This document shows, in pieces, positions 40,681 through 54,942 of a stretch of 64,000 bases of DNA. The notes under the pieces were generated by a model. It was not told the DNA's origin. It saw only the letters and a list, made by a program, of their open reading frames with translations, and made no database searches. The stretch comes from Felis catus. Its lineage: Eukaryota. The DNA lies in contig NC_058368.1 in NCBI RefSeq assembly GCF_018350175.1, positions 19,160,001-19,224,000 of the forward strand, in the 5' to 3' direction. Each line of letters begins with the position of its first letter. The first letter of the stretch is position 1. The position numbers were made by a program, and so were the translations under genes.

Positions 40681-43600
40681 TTTGAATATTAGCATAAAAC
40701 TTAATTACGGTGCTTCAGAGTTTTCGAAGCACCTTCACCAACATTTTTTCCACTTTTACTGTTAATTTTTTATTATACAAATCTCAGTTAGACAGAAACC
40801 TCCAATAGTATTACCACCAGTTTACAGATGAAGAAACAAGTTTGAAGAGGTTTAGGGACTTTCCAAGCATCGATACCAGCTCTTATTACAAATCCAAGAC
40901 CATCCCTTAAGTAGAAATCATCAGTGTTTCTCACAGGGAGTACTGCAAATACCTCCTTTCCCTATATAGTAAACTTTTGTAATATTAAAAAAACACAAAG
41001 AAAACCACCCCCAAATCTATTTTATTTGGAGTTGGGTGGGAAGAAGAAAATGCTTGCCTTGCTCAATCTATCCAAATTTTCAATCCCATTGCAGAATAAG
41101 TGTAGCTAATATGTAGACATGTAACACATCCACTGCCTATTCTCATATCATCAAAAAAAGGAATGCCAAGTTATTTTCTGGAAATACATTTTGGAGAAAA
41201 TGGATAATTTGGTGATTAAGGAAACAGATGGAAACTAACCATGATACGGAGACCTATGTACCACCCAGGGTCCTATAATGAGGAATCTGAACTGAGACCA
41301 GGTCATCTGTAGGCTTCTTGTTGGCCAAACTATTCAGATGTCCCTAAGGGAGGGAGCAACTAGGCCAACTAAGGAGAGATTCCCAAGACTGAGATTCTGC
41401 CCATGGGAAACTAAATGAAGAAAAAATCAAACTGAATTCCACATCCCTACAGGTTTTGATCAGACACAGTTGTATCAGTTTAGCTCTGTACCTCTTACAA
41501 TACACCAGAATACTTCCTGTGTTCTTGTAAAGTAATCCCACTGTGTGCTGTGGTTACTGGCTTCCCTCCTTCCTTGGTTTACTTCGATAAAGTATGTACC
41601 AGTGTATCACTATGTGATGAGCTATACTTTTATTTTTGGCATCATTTTCCTAAATATTTTCATTAAGTATAATTTTGGCTATATTAAAAATTGGTTTAGA
41701 ATACTTACTAATATTTTCTTAGAAATCCAGTTTCTGCATAAGGAGAACAGGGTTATAGATACTACCTAGCAAGAGACTTTGTTCCAGGGACATATCAAAT
41801 CAAATATCTAAATAAATAGAGCTGGCTAGGCAAACTGCCTGACATAGAGTATATATTCAATAAATGCTCATTTCTGTCACTACCCCAGTCCATAAAATTC
41901 ATGTGACATACTCCAGGACCCTTAAGTGGCAGAGTAAACTCTCCATTGAAGACCCATGATGAAAGAAGTCATGAAAATGAAAAATCATGGATTTGCAAGG
42001 AAGATGTTGGAGTAGGGGGATTCTAGGCTCACCATGTCTCACAGATAAACCTAAATAACACCCACATCAGTATACATAACCCAGAAAACAACCTGAAGAC
42101 TGGAAGAACAAACCCTTCACAGCTAAATGTAGAGAAGAGGCCATATAGAAAAGGGCAGAAACGTGGTTGGAAGTCAAAGTGACCTACAAGACTGTCCTTA
42201 GGAGGGAAGGACATCATGGTCACGAAGGGAGAGGAGCAGACCTCATACCAGGCACCCCCAGGCATGGGGGACCTGCACTGGGAAGACAAATCCCCATAAC
42301 ATTTGGCTTTGAAAACCAGAGGAGACTAACTTTTGAATTTTTATAATCAGTGGGGCTTAACACCTGAAACTTTGAAAACCAGCAGGCTTAGCTCTGAGAG
42401 AGGTGGAAGGCTATAGGAACCTAAGTCCTCACCTTTAAAGAGACAGTGTAACAAACAGCCTGACTGAGGTACAGCATAGAAGCAGCAGTTTGAAAAACAC
42501 CTAAGGAATACAGGAAGGACATTTGTTTGCTAATATCAGAGCTTGTGTTGGAGGGGGTGGGGATCTTTAGGAGAACAAAAGAATTGGCAGGTACCGTATC
42601 ATCCCCTACTCCCCAACCTAGCTATACGGACAGCTGCAGAAACCAGCACAGTGCAAACACTCTATACCCAGCTGTGCACTCTACACCCACACTCTTGTGG
42701 ACCTGCCCCCTCCACCCTAGCCTCGCCAAGAGTTTTCCAGAAGTTCCCCTACCACAGGTGAAAACCACATACCTTGCTGACACTATATAACACACCCCTA
42801 TATTTTCCTGCAGATCCACTTCATCTAACATGCCCTGGGCAGGAGTCCATCCAAAGAGGATGTGAGAGTGAGAAAGCAGTCCCAGCAGGGGCCAGCACCT
42901 TCCCAAAGCAACTACTGCCCTGGAGAAAGGGGAAGAAAACCAAACACACATACAGTCAGACTGCGGCCACAGCATTAGGCTGCAGGCAGACATCTGGTCT
43001 GACTTCAAGCTCTGCCCCCCAAAGAAAGCAGCTCAGGAAATAACACTGGGAGAGCATCCTGCAATTTGGTGCTACTGCATCTCTGGCAAATGCCTGGTCT
43101 GACTGAACTCAAGCCTAAGGTGGCCCCCAGACTGGCCCACTAAGAACATAGGCAACAAACCCTGCCCGCAAAAGGCAAAGAGTCACTGCAGACATCTGGA
43201 CTGAAGTCACAATAGTAGAGTATACACAACACACCTAGGAGGCACCCCTGAAACAACAGGTTCTGATGAAAAGGGGACATTGCATTTCAGGGCACTAAAG
43301 GACCTCTTCATAGGGCCACTACTTTCAAGAGCAGGGGACACAGCTCAATTGCCAATCACATAGAAACAGACACAGACAGACAAAATGAGGAGACAAAGGA
43401 ATAGGTCCCCAAACAAAGAAGAAGACAAAATCACAGCAAGAGAGATAAATGAAAAAGAGATAAGTAACATGCCTGATAGAGAATTTAAAGTCATGGTCAT
43501 GAAGATATTCACTGGACTTGAGAAAGGAGTGAAAGACCTCAGTGAGACCCTCAATAAAGGGATAGAAAACATAAAACAGAACCAATCAGGGTTAAAGAAC

Positions 43601-44477
43601 TCAACTGAAATTAAAAATACCCTAGAGGGAATAAATAGATTAGAGGAAGGAGAAGAATCGGTCAGCAACCTGGAGGACAAAGTAATAGAAAATAGTCAAG
43701 CTGAACATGAGAGAGAAAAAAAAACAATAATAAGAAACGAGAATATATTAAGAGAACCCAGAAACACCATCAAGCATAACAACATCCACATTATAGGGAT
43801 CCCAGAAGGAAAAAGAAAGGGAGAAAATTTGAGTAAATAGCTGAATACTTCCCTAACCTGGGGAAGGAAACAGAAATCCAGATAAAGACGACACAGAGAG
43901 CCCCCAACAAAATCAACCCAAGGAGGTACACACCAAGACACATAGTAATTTCATGGCAAAAAGTAGTGATAAAGAGAGAATTTTAAACGCAGCAAAAGAA
44001 GACAGTTACATCCAAGGAAAATTCCATAAGGCTATCGGCTGATTTTTCAGCAGAAACTTTACAGACCAGAAGAGATTGGCATGATATATTCAAAGTCCTG
44101 AAAGGGAAAAATGGGCAGCCAAGAATTCTTTATCCAGCAAGGCTATCATTCAGGATAGAAGAAGAGATAAAGAGTTTCTCAGACAAAAACTAAAGGACCT
44201 CTACAAGAAATATTAAAGGAGACACTTTGAAAGCAAAGGAAAGACTGTAAGTGAGAGTATAAAAAGTAGGAAACACTAAAGCAGTAAATATGAGCATATC
44301 TGTAAAAACCAGGCGAGGGATTCACAAAATAGAATGTAAAATATGACACCATATTCCTAAAATGGGGGGGGGGTAGGGGAGGAATAAAGAATGGATTCAA
44401 ACTTGAGCAACCATCAACTTAATATAGATTACAATATTGCAGAAGAGGATATATAGAAACCTAATGATAAACACACA

Positions 44478-45043
44478 TACAAATGCTGATTCCAAAGGGC
44501 ATGTGCATCCCAATGTTTATAGCAGCACTATCAACAATAGGCAAATTATGGAAAGAGCCCAAATGTCCATCAACTAATGAATGGATAAAGAAGACGTGGT
44601 GTGTGTGTGTATATAATGGAATACTACTCAGTGATCAAATAGAATGCAGTCTTGCCATTTGCAACAATGTGGTTGGAACTAGAGTGTATTATGCTAAGTG
44701 AAATAAGTCAGAGAGAACACAAGTATCATGATTTCACTCATATGTGGAATTTAAGAAACAAAACAGATGAACACAGGGGGAGGGAAGGAAAAAGAAGATA
44801 AAAACAGAGGTAAACCAACCATAAGAGACTCTTAAATACAGAGAACAAACTGAGGGTTGCTAGAGGGGAGGTAGGTGGGAGGATGGGCTAAATGGGTGAT
44901 GGGCATTAAGGAGGGCACTTGTTGGGATGAACACTGGGTGTTATATGAAAGTGATGAATCACTAAATTCTACTCCTGAAACCAATACTGCACTATGTTAA
45001 CTAACTTGAATTTAAGTAAGTTAAAAAATTTAAAAATTTAAAA
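44478..45043 (+). mobile_element. Nested L1 3' fragment
   Basis: MFIAALSTIGKLWKEPKCPS and 3'UTR inside the host inter-ORF region. Confidence 0.87.
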
Positions 45044-45394
45044 ACCAGTTATAGCTATGCAAAGAATAAAGAGAAAGTATTCTGAGTATATCACTAAAGA
45101 AAGACACAAAAGCAGGAAAGAGCAGGGGAAGAAAAGATTTAAAAAAAAAATCACAAAAACAACCACAAAACAAGTAAGAAAATGGCAATAAATACATATC
45201 AATAATTACTTTGAATGTAAATGGCCAAACACTCCAAAAGAGATAGGGTGACAGAGTAGATTAAAACAAGACCCATCTGCCTGTCAGACACCATTTCAGA
45301 CCTAAAGACATCTGCAGATTGAATGTGAGTGGGGAGAAACATTTATCATGTAAATGGATGTCAAAAGAAAGGGGTAGCAATACTTTAAAAAAGT

Positions 45395-46024
45395 ATTTTT
45401 TCCTATATAAGTTTTTATTTAAATTCCAGTTAGTTAACATGCAGTATAATACTAGACTCAGGAGTCCAATATAGTGATTCAGCACTTCCAGACATCACCT
45501 GCTGTTCATCAAAACGATTGCACCCTTGGGATGCCTGGGTGGCTCTGTTGGTTAAGTGGCCAACTGTGGCACAGGTCATGATCTCAAGATTCAGGAGTTT
45601 GAGCCCCACACCGGCATCTGTGCTGACAGCTCAGAGCCTGGAGCCTGCTTCAGAGTCTGTGTCTCCCTCTCTCTCTGCCCCTACCCTGCTTATGCTCTGT
45701 CTCTCAAAAAAAAAATAAACATAAAAAATTTTTGTTTAAAAGTGCACTCCTTAATCCCCACTACCTATTTAACCCACCCACCCCCACCTCCCCTCTGGTA
45801 ACCATCAGTTTGTTCTGTAAAGAGTCTGTTTCTTGGCTTGCTTCTCTTTTTCCCCCCTTTGCTCGTTTGTTTTGTTTCTTAAATTCCATATATGAGTGAG
45901 ATCATATGGTATTTACCTTTCTCTAACTGACTTATCTCACTTAGCATAATACTCTCTAGCTCCTTCCATGTTGTTACAAATGGCAAGATTGCATTCTTTT
46001 TGATGGCCAAGTAATATTCCAACA

Positions 46025-46071
<47 letters not shown>

Positions 46072-47148
46072 TTATCCATTCATCAATCTATGGATACTTG
46101 GGCTGCTTCCATATCTTGGCTATTATAAATAATGTTGCTATAAATATCAGGATGCATGTATCTCTTCGAATTGGTATTTTTGTATTCTTTGGGTAGATAC
46201 CTAGTAGTGCAATTGCTGGATCATAGGGCAGTTATACCTGTTGCAGAACCTCCACACTGTTTTCCAGAGTGGCTGCACTAGTATGCATTCCCATCTACCA
46301 TGCAAGAAGGTTCCCCTTTCTCTACATCCTTACCAACACCTGATTGTTTCTTGTGTTGTTGATTTTAGCCACTCTGATAGGTGTGAGGTGGTATCTCATC
46401 ATGGTGCTGATTTGCATTTTCCTAATGAATAATGTTGAGCATCTTTTCATATGTCTGCTGGCCATCTATAGGTCTTTTTTGGAAAATTACCATTCCTGTC
46501 TTCTACCTTTTTTATTTTTGTTTTTTAAATGTTTATTTATTTTGAGAGAGAGACAAAGGGCAAGAGCAAGCAGGGGAGAGGCAGAGAGAATCCCAAGCAG
46601 ACTCCACCATCAGCACAGAGCCCAACACAGAGCTCAATCTCACAAACCAGGAGATCATGACCTGAGCCGAAATCAAGAGTTGGATGCTTAACATACTGAG
46701 CCACTCAGGCACTCCTGCCCATTTTTCAATTGGATTGTTTTTTGGGTGTTGAGTTGTATCAGTTATTTATATATTTTGGAGACTAACCCTTTATCACATA
46801 TATCATTTGCAAATATCTTCTCCCATTCCATAGGCTGCCTTTTAGTTTTGTTGACTATTTCCTTTGCTGTGCAGAAGCTTTCTATTTTGATGTATTCCCA
46901 CAGTGAATTTTTGTTTTTGTTTCCCTTGCCTCAGGAGACATATCTAGAAAAATGTTGCTATGGCTAATGTTAATTAAGTTACTACCTGTATTCTCTTCTA
47001 GGACTTTTATAGGTTTCAGGTCTCACATCTAGGTCCTTAATCCATTTTGAATTTATTTTTTGTGAATGGTGTAAGAAAGTGGTCCATTTTCATTCTTTTG
47101 CATGATGCTGTCCAATCTTCCCAACACCACTTGTTGAAGAGACAGTCT
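45395..47148 (-). mobile_element. Nested minus-strand L1 3' portion containing SINEs at ~45528-45738 (+) and ~46510-46715 (-)
   Basis: Reverse ORF2 C-terminus and 3'UTR interrupting the host endonuclease region. Confidence 0.87.
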
Positions 47149-50100
47149 TGGAAGAAATAGACTTTAAAACACAGACTGTAACAAGAGACAAAGAAGGACA
47201 CTACATAATCATAACAGGAACAGTCTAAAGAGAAAATATAACAATTGTAAATATTTATGTACCAAACATGAAAGCATCCAAATATATAAAATAGTTAATA
47301 GCGAACATAAAGGAACCAATTGATACTAATACAACAGTAGTAAGGGACTTTAAACACCCACTTATATCAATGGACAAATCATCCAATCAAAAAAATTAAT
47401 GAGGAAACAGTGGCTTTGAACAACATACTGTACCAGATGGATTTAACAGATATATTCAGAATATCCCATCCTAAAACAGCAGAATACATATTCTTTTCAG
47501 GTGCACATGAAACATTCTCCAGGATAAACCACATATTAGGCCACAAAACTAGTCAACAAATTAGAAAATACCGAAGTCATGGTATGCATCTTTTCTGACC
47601 ACAACACTATGAAACTAGAAGTCAACCACAAGAAAAAAATTAGGAAGAGCACAAATTCATGGAGGTTAAATAACATGCCACTAAATAATGAATGGGTCAG
47701 CCAAGAAGTCAAAGAGGAAATCAAATTAAAAAAATACATGAAGACCAATGGAAGTGAAAATACAATGAGTCAAAATTTCCGGATGCAACAAAAGCAATTG
47801 TAAGAGGGCTATTTATAGCAATATGGTTCTACCTCAAGAAGTAAGAAAAATCTCAAACAACTTAACATTACACCTAAAGGAGCTAGGAGAAAAAGGAGCA
47901 AATAAAACTCCAAACCAGAAGAAAATAATAAAGATAAAAGAGGAAATAAATGATACAGAAACTAAAAATTGAACAGATCAATGAAACCAGGAGCTGGTTC
48001 TTTGAAAAGATCAACAAAACTGATAAACCTCTAGCCAGACTAATCAAAAGAAAAAAAAAGAGGAAGCGCAAATAAACAAAATCACAAATGAAAGAGGAGA
48101 AATAACCACCATAGAAACACAAACAATTGTAAGAGATTATTATGAAAAATTATATGCTGACAAACTGGATAACCCCCAAAAGATGGATAAATTTCTAGAA
48201 ACGTATAACCTACCAAAACCGAAGCAGGAAAAAATAGAAAACTTGAACAGACTGATTACCAACAATGAAATTGAATCAGCGATCAAAAAACTCCCAACAA
48301 ACCAAAGTCCAGGACCAGAGAGCTTCACAGGAGAATTCTACCAGTTAAAGCAGACTGAATACCCCTTCTTCTCAAACTATTCCAAAAAACTGAAAACAAA
48401 GAAAAACTTCCAAATTCATTCTATGAGGCCAGTATTACCCTGATACCAAAAATCAGATAAAGACACCACAAAAAATGAGAACCACAGGTCAATATCTCTG
48501 ATGAACATAGATGCAAAAATCCTTAACAAAATACTAGCAAATCAAATCCAACAATACATGAAAAAATCATTCAACAATCAAGTGGGATTTATTCCCACAA
48601 TGAAAGGGCGGTTCAATATTTGCAAACCGATCAAGGTGAAACATCACATTAGTAAAAGAAAGGATAACAACAATATGATCATTTCCATAGGTGCAGAAAA
48701 TGCATTTGGCAAAGTACAGCATCTGTTCACGATTAAAAACCCTCAACAGAGTAGGTTTAGAGGCAACATACCTCAACATCATAAAGGCCATATATGAAAA
48801 CCCACAGCAAACATCATACTCAATGGTAAAAAACAGACTTTTTCCCCTGAGGTTAATAATAAGACAAGGATGTCCACTCTCACCACTTTTATTCAACACA
48901 GTGTTGCATGTCCTACCCACAGCCCATCAGACAACAAAAAGAAATAAACGGCATCCAAATTGGTAAGGAAGAGGTAAAACTATTTGCAGATGACATGATA
49001 CTATATAGAGAAAACCCTGAAGATTCCAACAAGAAAATACTAGAACTTATAAATTCAATAAAGTCACAGGATACAAATCAATATATAGAAATCTGTTTCA
49101 TATCTATATACTATTAATGAAGCAGCAGAAAGAAATTAAGAGAATAGTCCCATTTACAATTGCACCAGAAATCATAAGATTCCTAGGAATAAACTTAAGA
49201 GATGACAGGTCTGTACTCTGAAAACTATAAAACACTGATAAAACAAATTGAAAAGGACACAAACAAATGAAAGATATTCTACGCTCATGGTTTGGAGGAA
49301 AAACATTGTTAAAAATGTCTATATATTTTTTAATAAATAAACTTTTTAAAATGTCTATATTATGCAAAGCAGTTTACAGATTTAATACAATCTTTATTAA
49401 AATATCAGTAACATTTTTCACAGAACTAGAACAAACAAACCTAAAATTTGTATGGAACTACAAATAACCCCCAATAGTCAAAGCAATCCTGAAAAACAAA
49501 ACTTGAGATATCACAACTCCAGATTTCAGGCTCTATTGCAAAGCTATATAGACACACAGATCAACAGACAAAAATGGACACACAGATCAACAGAACAGAG
49601 AGGCCAAAAATAAACCCACAATTATATAGTCAATTAATCTTTGACAAAGAGGAAAGAATATACAATGGGGAAAAGACAGTCTCTTCAACAAATGGTGATG
49701 GGAAAACTGGACAGCTACATGCAAAAGAATGAAACTGGACCACTTTCTTATACCATTCACAAAAATAAATTCACAAGGGATCAAAGCATCAAAGTTCTAG
49801 AGGAGAACACAGACACTAATTTCTGTGACATTGGCCATAGCAACATTTTTTTGAAATATGTGTCCTCAGGCAAGAGAAACAAAAGAAAAAAATAAACTAC
49901 TGGAATTACACTACAATAAAAAAATAAAATAAACTTTTGTACAGCAAAAAAAAAACCATCAACAAACAAAAAGGCAATCTAGGATATATCCGATAGGGGG
50001 TTAATATCCAAAATGTGTAAATAATGTATACAATTCAATATGCCCAAACAAATAATCAAATTAAAAATGGGGCAGAAAACTGCATCGGACTTCAACTCAG

Positions 50101-51446
50101 GTCGTGATCTCAGGGTTTGAGAGCTCAAGCCCTGCTTTTCTCTCTCCCCCTTCCCTTCTCCTCCCACCACTGGAGTATTATTCAGCCATGTAAAAGGATG
50201 AAATCTTGTCATTTGTAACAATATGGATTGATCTAGAGGGTATAATGCAAAGTGAAATAGTCAGAGAAAGATAAATACCCTAGGATTTCATTCATGTGGG
50301 GGATTTAAGATGCAAAACAAGTGAACAAAGTAAAAAAGAGACAAACCAAAAAAGAAACCCTTAAATAGAGAATAAAATGATGGTTACCTGTGGCAGGAAG
50401 AGGGGGTCAAGTGAAATAGGTGAAAGGGATTAAAGAGTACACTTATCGGGATGGGCATGAAGTAATTATAGAATTATTGAATCACTATATTGTATACCTG
50501 AAACTAGTAACGCTGTATGTTTATACTGGAATTAGAAGAATTTAAAGGGAAAATTACAGATAATCTCAAGTATTTGTAGTCATTAGTTGGCCCTTTATGT
50601 TCCATGTAATCTTTGTCTAGACAGTAAAACAATTCCAACAGTGACCAGTTAATTTCCTCTTCAGCACTCCTCATTCTTCAACATTGACACAATATTAAAT
50701 GGTTGAATAATATGGCCAGAAAAATCCCATGACTCTTTGTGCAGTTCAGACATATGTGGTTTTAAAAATGTCTTCTTTCCTTGGCTCGAGTACACAGTAA
50801 AAATGCCTTCAGATCATAGCAATAGAAAGTATTCTCAGTCAGATTACTTAGAAACAAGTCAAAACTAATTCCAATGAGCAAAAATTTAATCTGCAAAACA
50901 TGTTCACATCTATTAGTCTCATTACTCATAGACAAAAATCCACAAAATGGGGAATCATAATACATCCAGCAAAAATGAGACAGGAATATAACTGAAGATT
51001 TACCAGTGGCCCTCATTTCTCTATTTTAAAAGACTGATAAAATTTCAAAAGATATATTCACATTTTCAACCTAGAACATTTAAATGTGGTAAATAGAAAA
51101 AAAATTTTAAACATGGTACTTTCTATATGAATTATTGTATGCCTTTCCCTCCCACACATTTTGATACCTTTCCATAGTTCTCCATTTTCTTCCTAGCTCA
51201 GAACAAGCCATATCTCCCCCCAAATAAGAGATTCATCAATAGCTCCCCTCCCCCAAGACTTCAATCTGATTTTCCTAATTCATCTGAAATTGATGTAAAT
51301 CAATGTCTTCATCACCATCATTGTGCCTAGAAAGTTGGTCTAGCTTACTTTAAACACCAACGAATGAAAAAATATCATTAGAGATTTCCTACATGGAGCA
51401 GTGAGGTGATCAATTTATCTGAACAACAAAAACTAAAAATCTAAAA

Positions 51447-51654
51447 ATTTTTTTTCAACGTTTATTTTTGGGACAGAGAGAGACAGAGCATGAACGGGGG
51501 AGGGGCAGAGAGAGAGGGAGACATAGAATCGGAAACAGGCTCCAGGCTCTGAGCCATCAGCCCAGAGCCTGACGCGGGGCTCGAACTCCCAGACCGCGAG
51601 ATCATGACCTGGCTGAAGTCGGACGCTTAACCGACTGCGCCACCCAGGGGCCCC
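51447..51654 (-). mobile_element. Young SINEC_Fc-type SINE
   Basis: CpG-rich reverse SINEC. Confidence 0.92.
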
Positions 51655-51820
51655 AAAAACTCCTTGAATCTAAAATGTATAGTCAACATGACCTAACTCA
51701 CAGAAAGCCCTAACTTTTTAGAACAAATTTTATTTTAGATCACTGTCCAGAAAATTCTATGTTGCCATGGATACCCCTGAGACTGAATTTCTCACCATCC
51801 CCCAATATATTATACCTTAC

Positions 51821-51874
51821 CTTTCATTGGTGGCTTCATTAGAGATTCCTGATATGAATTCATCTAGATCATCT
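51821..51874 (-). CDS. TPTE2: 54-nt repeat exon: DDLDEFISGISNEATNE
   Basis: tttaattctttag| acceptor, AG|gtaagg donor, open in phase 2-2. Confidence 0.75.
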
Positions 51875-52781
51875 CTAAAGAATTAAAAATGTGTATGATC
51901 AGACCCCAGTGGCTTCATAGCCAAACTTCTGTTTTAACTTAGCTTTGTTGTTGTTGTTGTTGTTGTTTGTTTTTTAGAATTCAGCCAGCTTACAAATTGA
52001 AGACTCCCTGTAACTATTTGTAAATTAGTTATTTGGAAACTGGCATTTCCATTTTCCTTAGAAATGGGTTTTTTTTTTTTAATAGCAGTAATGAAAATCT
52101 CTGGCTTAACAAATCAAAAAAGCCTAACAAATCAAGGCAAGTACAATTCTTTACTGCTAAATTCAATTCTCCTGAAACTGCACTGAGGTGGAATTTACTT
52201 CAAAATATAGCTTCATTTTGTAGGTATACAGTCTTTCAGCTTATTTCCTGATTATCAAGTTTCTTCACTGTATCCTTACTCTTCGTGTGTCATGTAAGTC
52301 TCTTCTGTTCCTGAGTTTGGTTCAAATAACTGCAAGCTTGAGTCAGGGGCTTCCTCAAATATAATGATGGGTTTATATCTGAAACACCAGCTTCAGATGA
52401 TTGTAAACCTCTGGAGGGAAAGGGGACAGACCAAGGTCTATGAGCTCCATCCTTTTCTGCTGAGAGCTCCACAGTTACCTGTCCACTGCCACCTCTCGCT
52501 CAAATAATAGGATCCTCTCTTTACCTGGTCTACTCTAGCAGAGTCTCACACACATATATTATGAGAGTATCCTAAGAAACTCTGGCTTCTGGTTACTAAG
52601 GGTCATAAACTATGAGCAGGAAGTCTCCCTCTTCTGACATGTTCTTCCTTTTATCCCCCCGACTTAGACCCCAAAAGAAAGACAGTTATTTACAGAAGCT
52701 TACAGTCTCTTATGGAAACCTCTTATTGCCAACAATGCTCTCTAATACCTTTCGGCACTCAGATCAGTCAAGTCAACTCAC

Positions 52782-52817
52782 CCATGGTCATCACTGTTGT
52801 CAGAGGAATCCATAATT
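52782..52817 (-). CDS. TPTE2: Micro-exon, 36 nt (39 nt with alternative acceptor): IMDSSDNSDDH
   Basis: tttagcag| acceptor, GG|gtgagt donor, open in phase 2-2; paralogous to exon 23203-23259. Confidence 0.65.
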
Positions 52818-53287
52818 CTGCTAAAGGGTAAAAACACACAAAAAATAAATTCAGACATTCTGGAAAGCAATCAGTTTCTTCTTCCCGACAGAATTTTATG
52901 ACATGAAAAGTAAAATCATGAGGAAACATGACAAAATGACAGAAACATTGTCAGCGTACAGCAATGAGACCTCTGAGATAGCCTCTTGGCTGTGTGTGTG
53001 TCTGCCCACTGGAAAGAGAAGGAAAGAATTAAGGGAGGTATAATTTTTGTGATTAAACCTCCTTTCTTCTCCATTTTGTCAACCATTCACATATTCTGGA
53101 ATCCGTTTGGGAAATAGGAATGATCTGAGCAAAAGGATGGGGAGGGAGATCCAGATAATAACTAATGAAAAGATACAGAGATAAAGAAAATACCACAACA
53201 ATAAATATTCCGGTTTCAAGGACTAGTCCCTGATCACCATTTGGTAGAGAAGAAACTAGTAGGTAGGTCAAGAATTGCCTAAATAAT

Positions 53288-53492
53288 GGGGCACCTGGGT
53301 GGCTTAGTTGGTTAAGTGACTCCTGATTTCAACTCAGGTCATAATCTCATGGTCCATGAGATTGAGCCTGCATTGGGATCTGTGCTGACAGTGCAGGGCC
53401 TGCTTGGGATTCTCTCTCTCTCCCTCTCTCTCTCTCCCCCTTTCCCCCATGCTCTCTCTTTCTCTCTCTCTCTCACTCAAAACAAACAAACA
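53288..53492 (+). mobile_element. CanSINE
   Basis: SINEC head and (CT)n. Confidence 0.88.
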
Positions 53493-54159
53493 GGTATTCA
53501 GAATGGTTTCTTTTTCTCTCAATTCATTTTACGAAAAGGTATCTGGTTAAATTATCCAAAGTCAAGACTCCTCACCACCAAACCACTGGCTTGGATAACT
53601 TAATTTCTCTACAATTTAATTTTCTCATCTGTAAAATAAGACACATTGAAATGCACTTTCATTTGTCCAGGTAATAAAATCATGCTGTATGTTCATCATA
53701 TCACAAACATTACTGGTTTTTAGGCAGCCTTCCCTCTTCACCAAATGTTATACCAAAAATACCAATGTGACAAACAACATGGAAGAAAATCATAAATTTC
53801 AAAAACACTTCAAGATTCTCAAAGTACTAAATTTCCATAATTTCCTAGGAAATCTTGGATTCCTATCCATAGGAGAGTCTTCCTCCCAAAACTATAGAAG
53901 TCAAACTGAAGTATGGATTTTAAAAACTAACAATAACAGAAACCCTGGGAGAAGCCAGAAGACTGAGAGCTGTCTTCTGTGGTGGACAGACTGAGGAAAA
54001 AGTCTGATACAGGCAGTCTTGAGGGGCTTAGCGGGAGGGAAATTTTTAAGTTCTTTTCTTGCTTTTCCTCTGAGTTGCTTGGAGACAATAACTGCCATTC
54101 TCAGTAGAAACCAGAAGCCACTACCCAGATGTAGTTAGGATAAAATTTGGGTAGCATTG

Positions 54160-54365
54160 TGGCACCTGGGTAGTTCAGTCAGTTGAGCATCTAATTCTTG
54201 CTTTTGTTCAGGTCATGATCCCAGGTTTGTGGGATCAAGCCCTTTGTTGGGCTCTGCACTGAGCATGGAAACTGCTTAAGATTTTCTCTCTCTCTGTCTC
54301 TCTCTCTCCCTCCCCCCATCCCTCTCCCCCACTCACATGGTTTCTCTCACTCTAAGATAAAAAAA
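54160..54365 (+). mobile_element. CanSINE (older)
   Basis: SINEC head and (CT)n. Confidence 0.85.
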
Positions 54366-54942
54366 TTTTTCATTGGCATTAGGTTAGCTGATGAAAACAG
54401 GGAAGGGCTAAAGAGCAATCCTTGGGCCTTCACTCTTCCACCCTTTTACCTCCAAAAGTCCCAGGTGAACAACCTAGAAGTCTGCCTTCTCCAATGCTGC
54501 TTTTGTCCAAGACCTTAAAGGTAGCATATCTTGACAAGAGAAATTACCTGGATCACAGTGTTTCACCATTATGCAGAGTCTCTGTCCCCAGGCTATCACC
54601 TCCCTTCATGTTATATTTACTGAGAAAAACATACCTTAGGTCCTAGCTTTCAACAACAGTTACTATATAAAACGTCACCCAACCCAGGATACGTTTGAAA
54701 GTGAAAAGGACATGTTATTAATAATTTTGCTGAGACAACAGCCACAGATTGAGATTTTCCCAAGAAAATCTTCAGTCCTTCCCTAATACAATTTACCAGT
54801 CAGAGGGCTCAATGGCCACAAGGAATATGAGCTCACAAATCAAAATAGTTAGATACCTGATGAGTACGACTGAAAAAGAGACACAACAAACTGAAAAACA
54901 TATACCATCTGAAACAGGACTATTGGAACATACTGAACAAGA

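Larger units (their letters stand above)
41990..50545 (+). mobile_element. Full-length degenerate L1 with nested insertions
   Basis: 5'UTR; ORF1 remnant 43385-43840 (MRRQRNRSP..NMPDREFKVMVMK); ORF2 resumes at ~47150; 3'UTR at ~50170-50545. Confidence 0.9.
51660..53285. repeat. Diverged paralogue of the 21950-23770 two-exon block
   Basis: Same exon order and matching intron motifs (e.g. aagtaaa.tca, atgacagaaac, ggatgggga..gatccag, agtccct..atttggtag, caagaat..gcctaaat). Confidence 0.8.

Noticed and set aside
2209..52817. Alternative identities such as MUC19, NLRP5, CCDC7 or ANKRD26-family repeat exons
   Set aside because: Peptide composition and N-terminus fit my recollection of TPTE better; not tested by search
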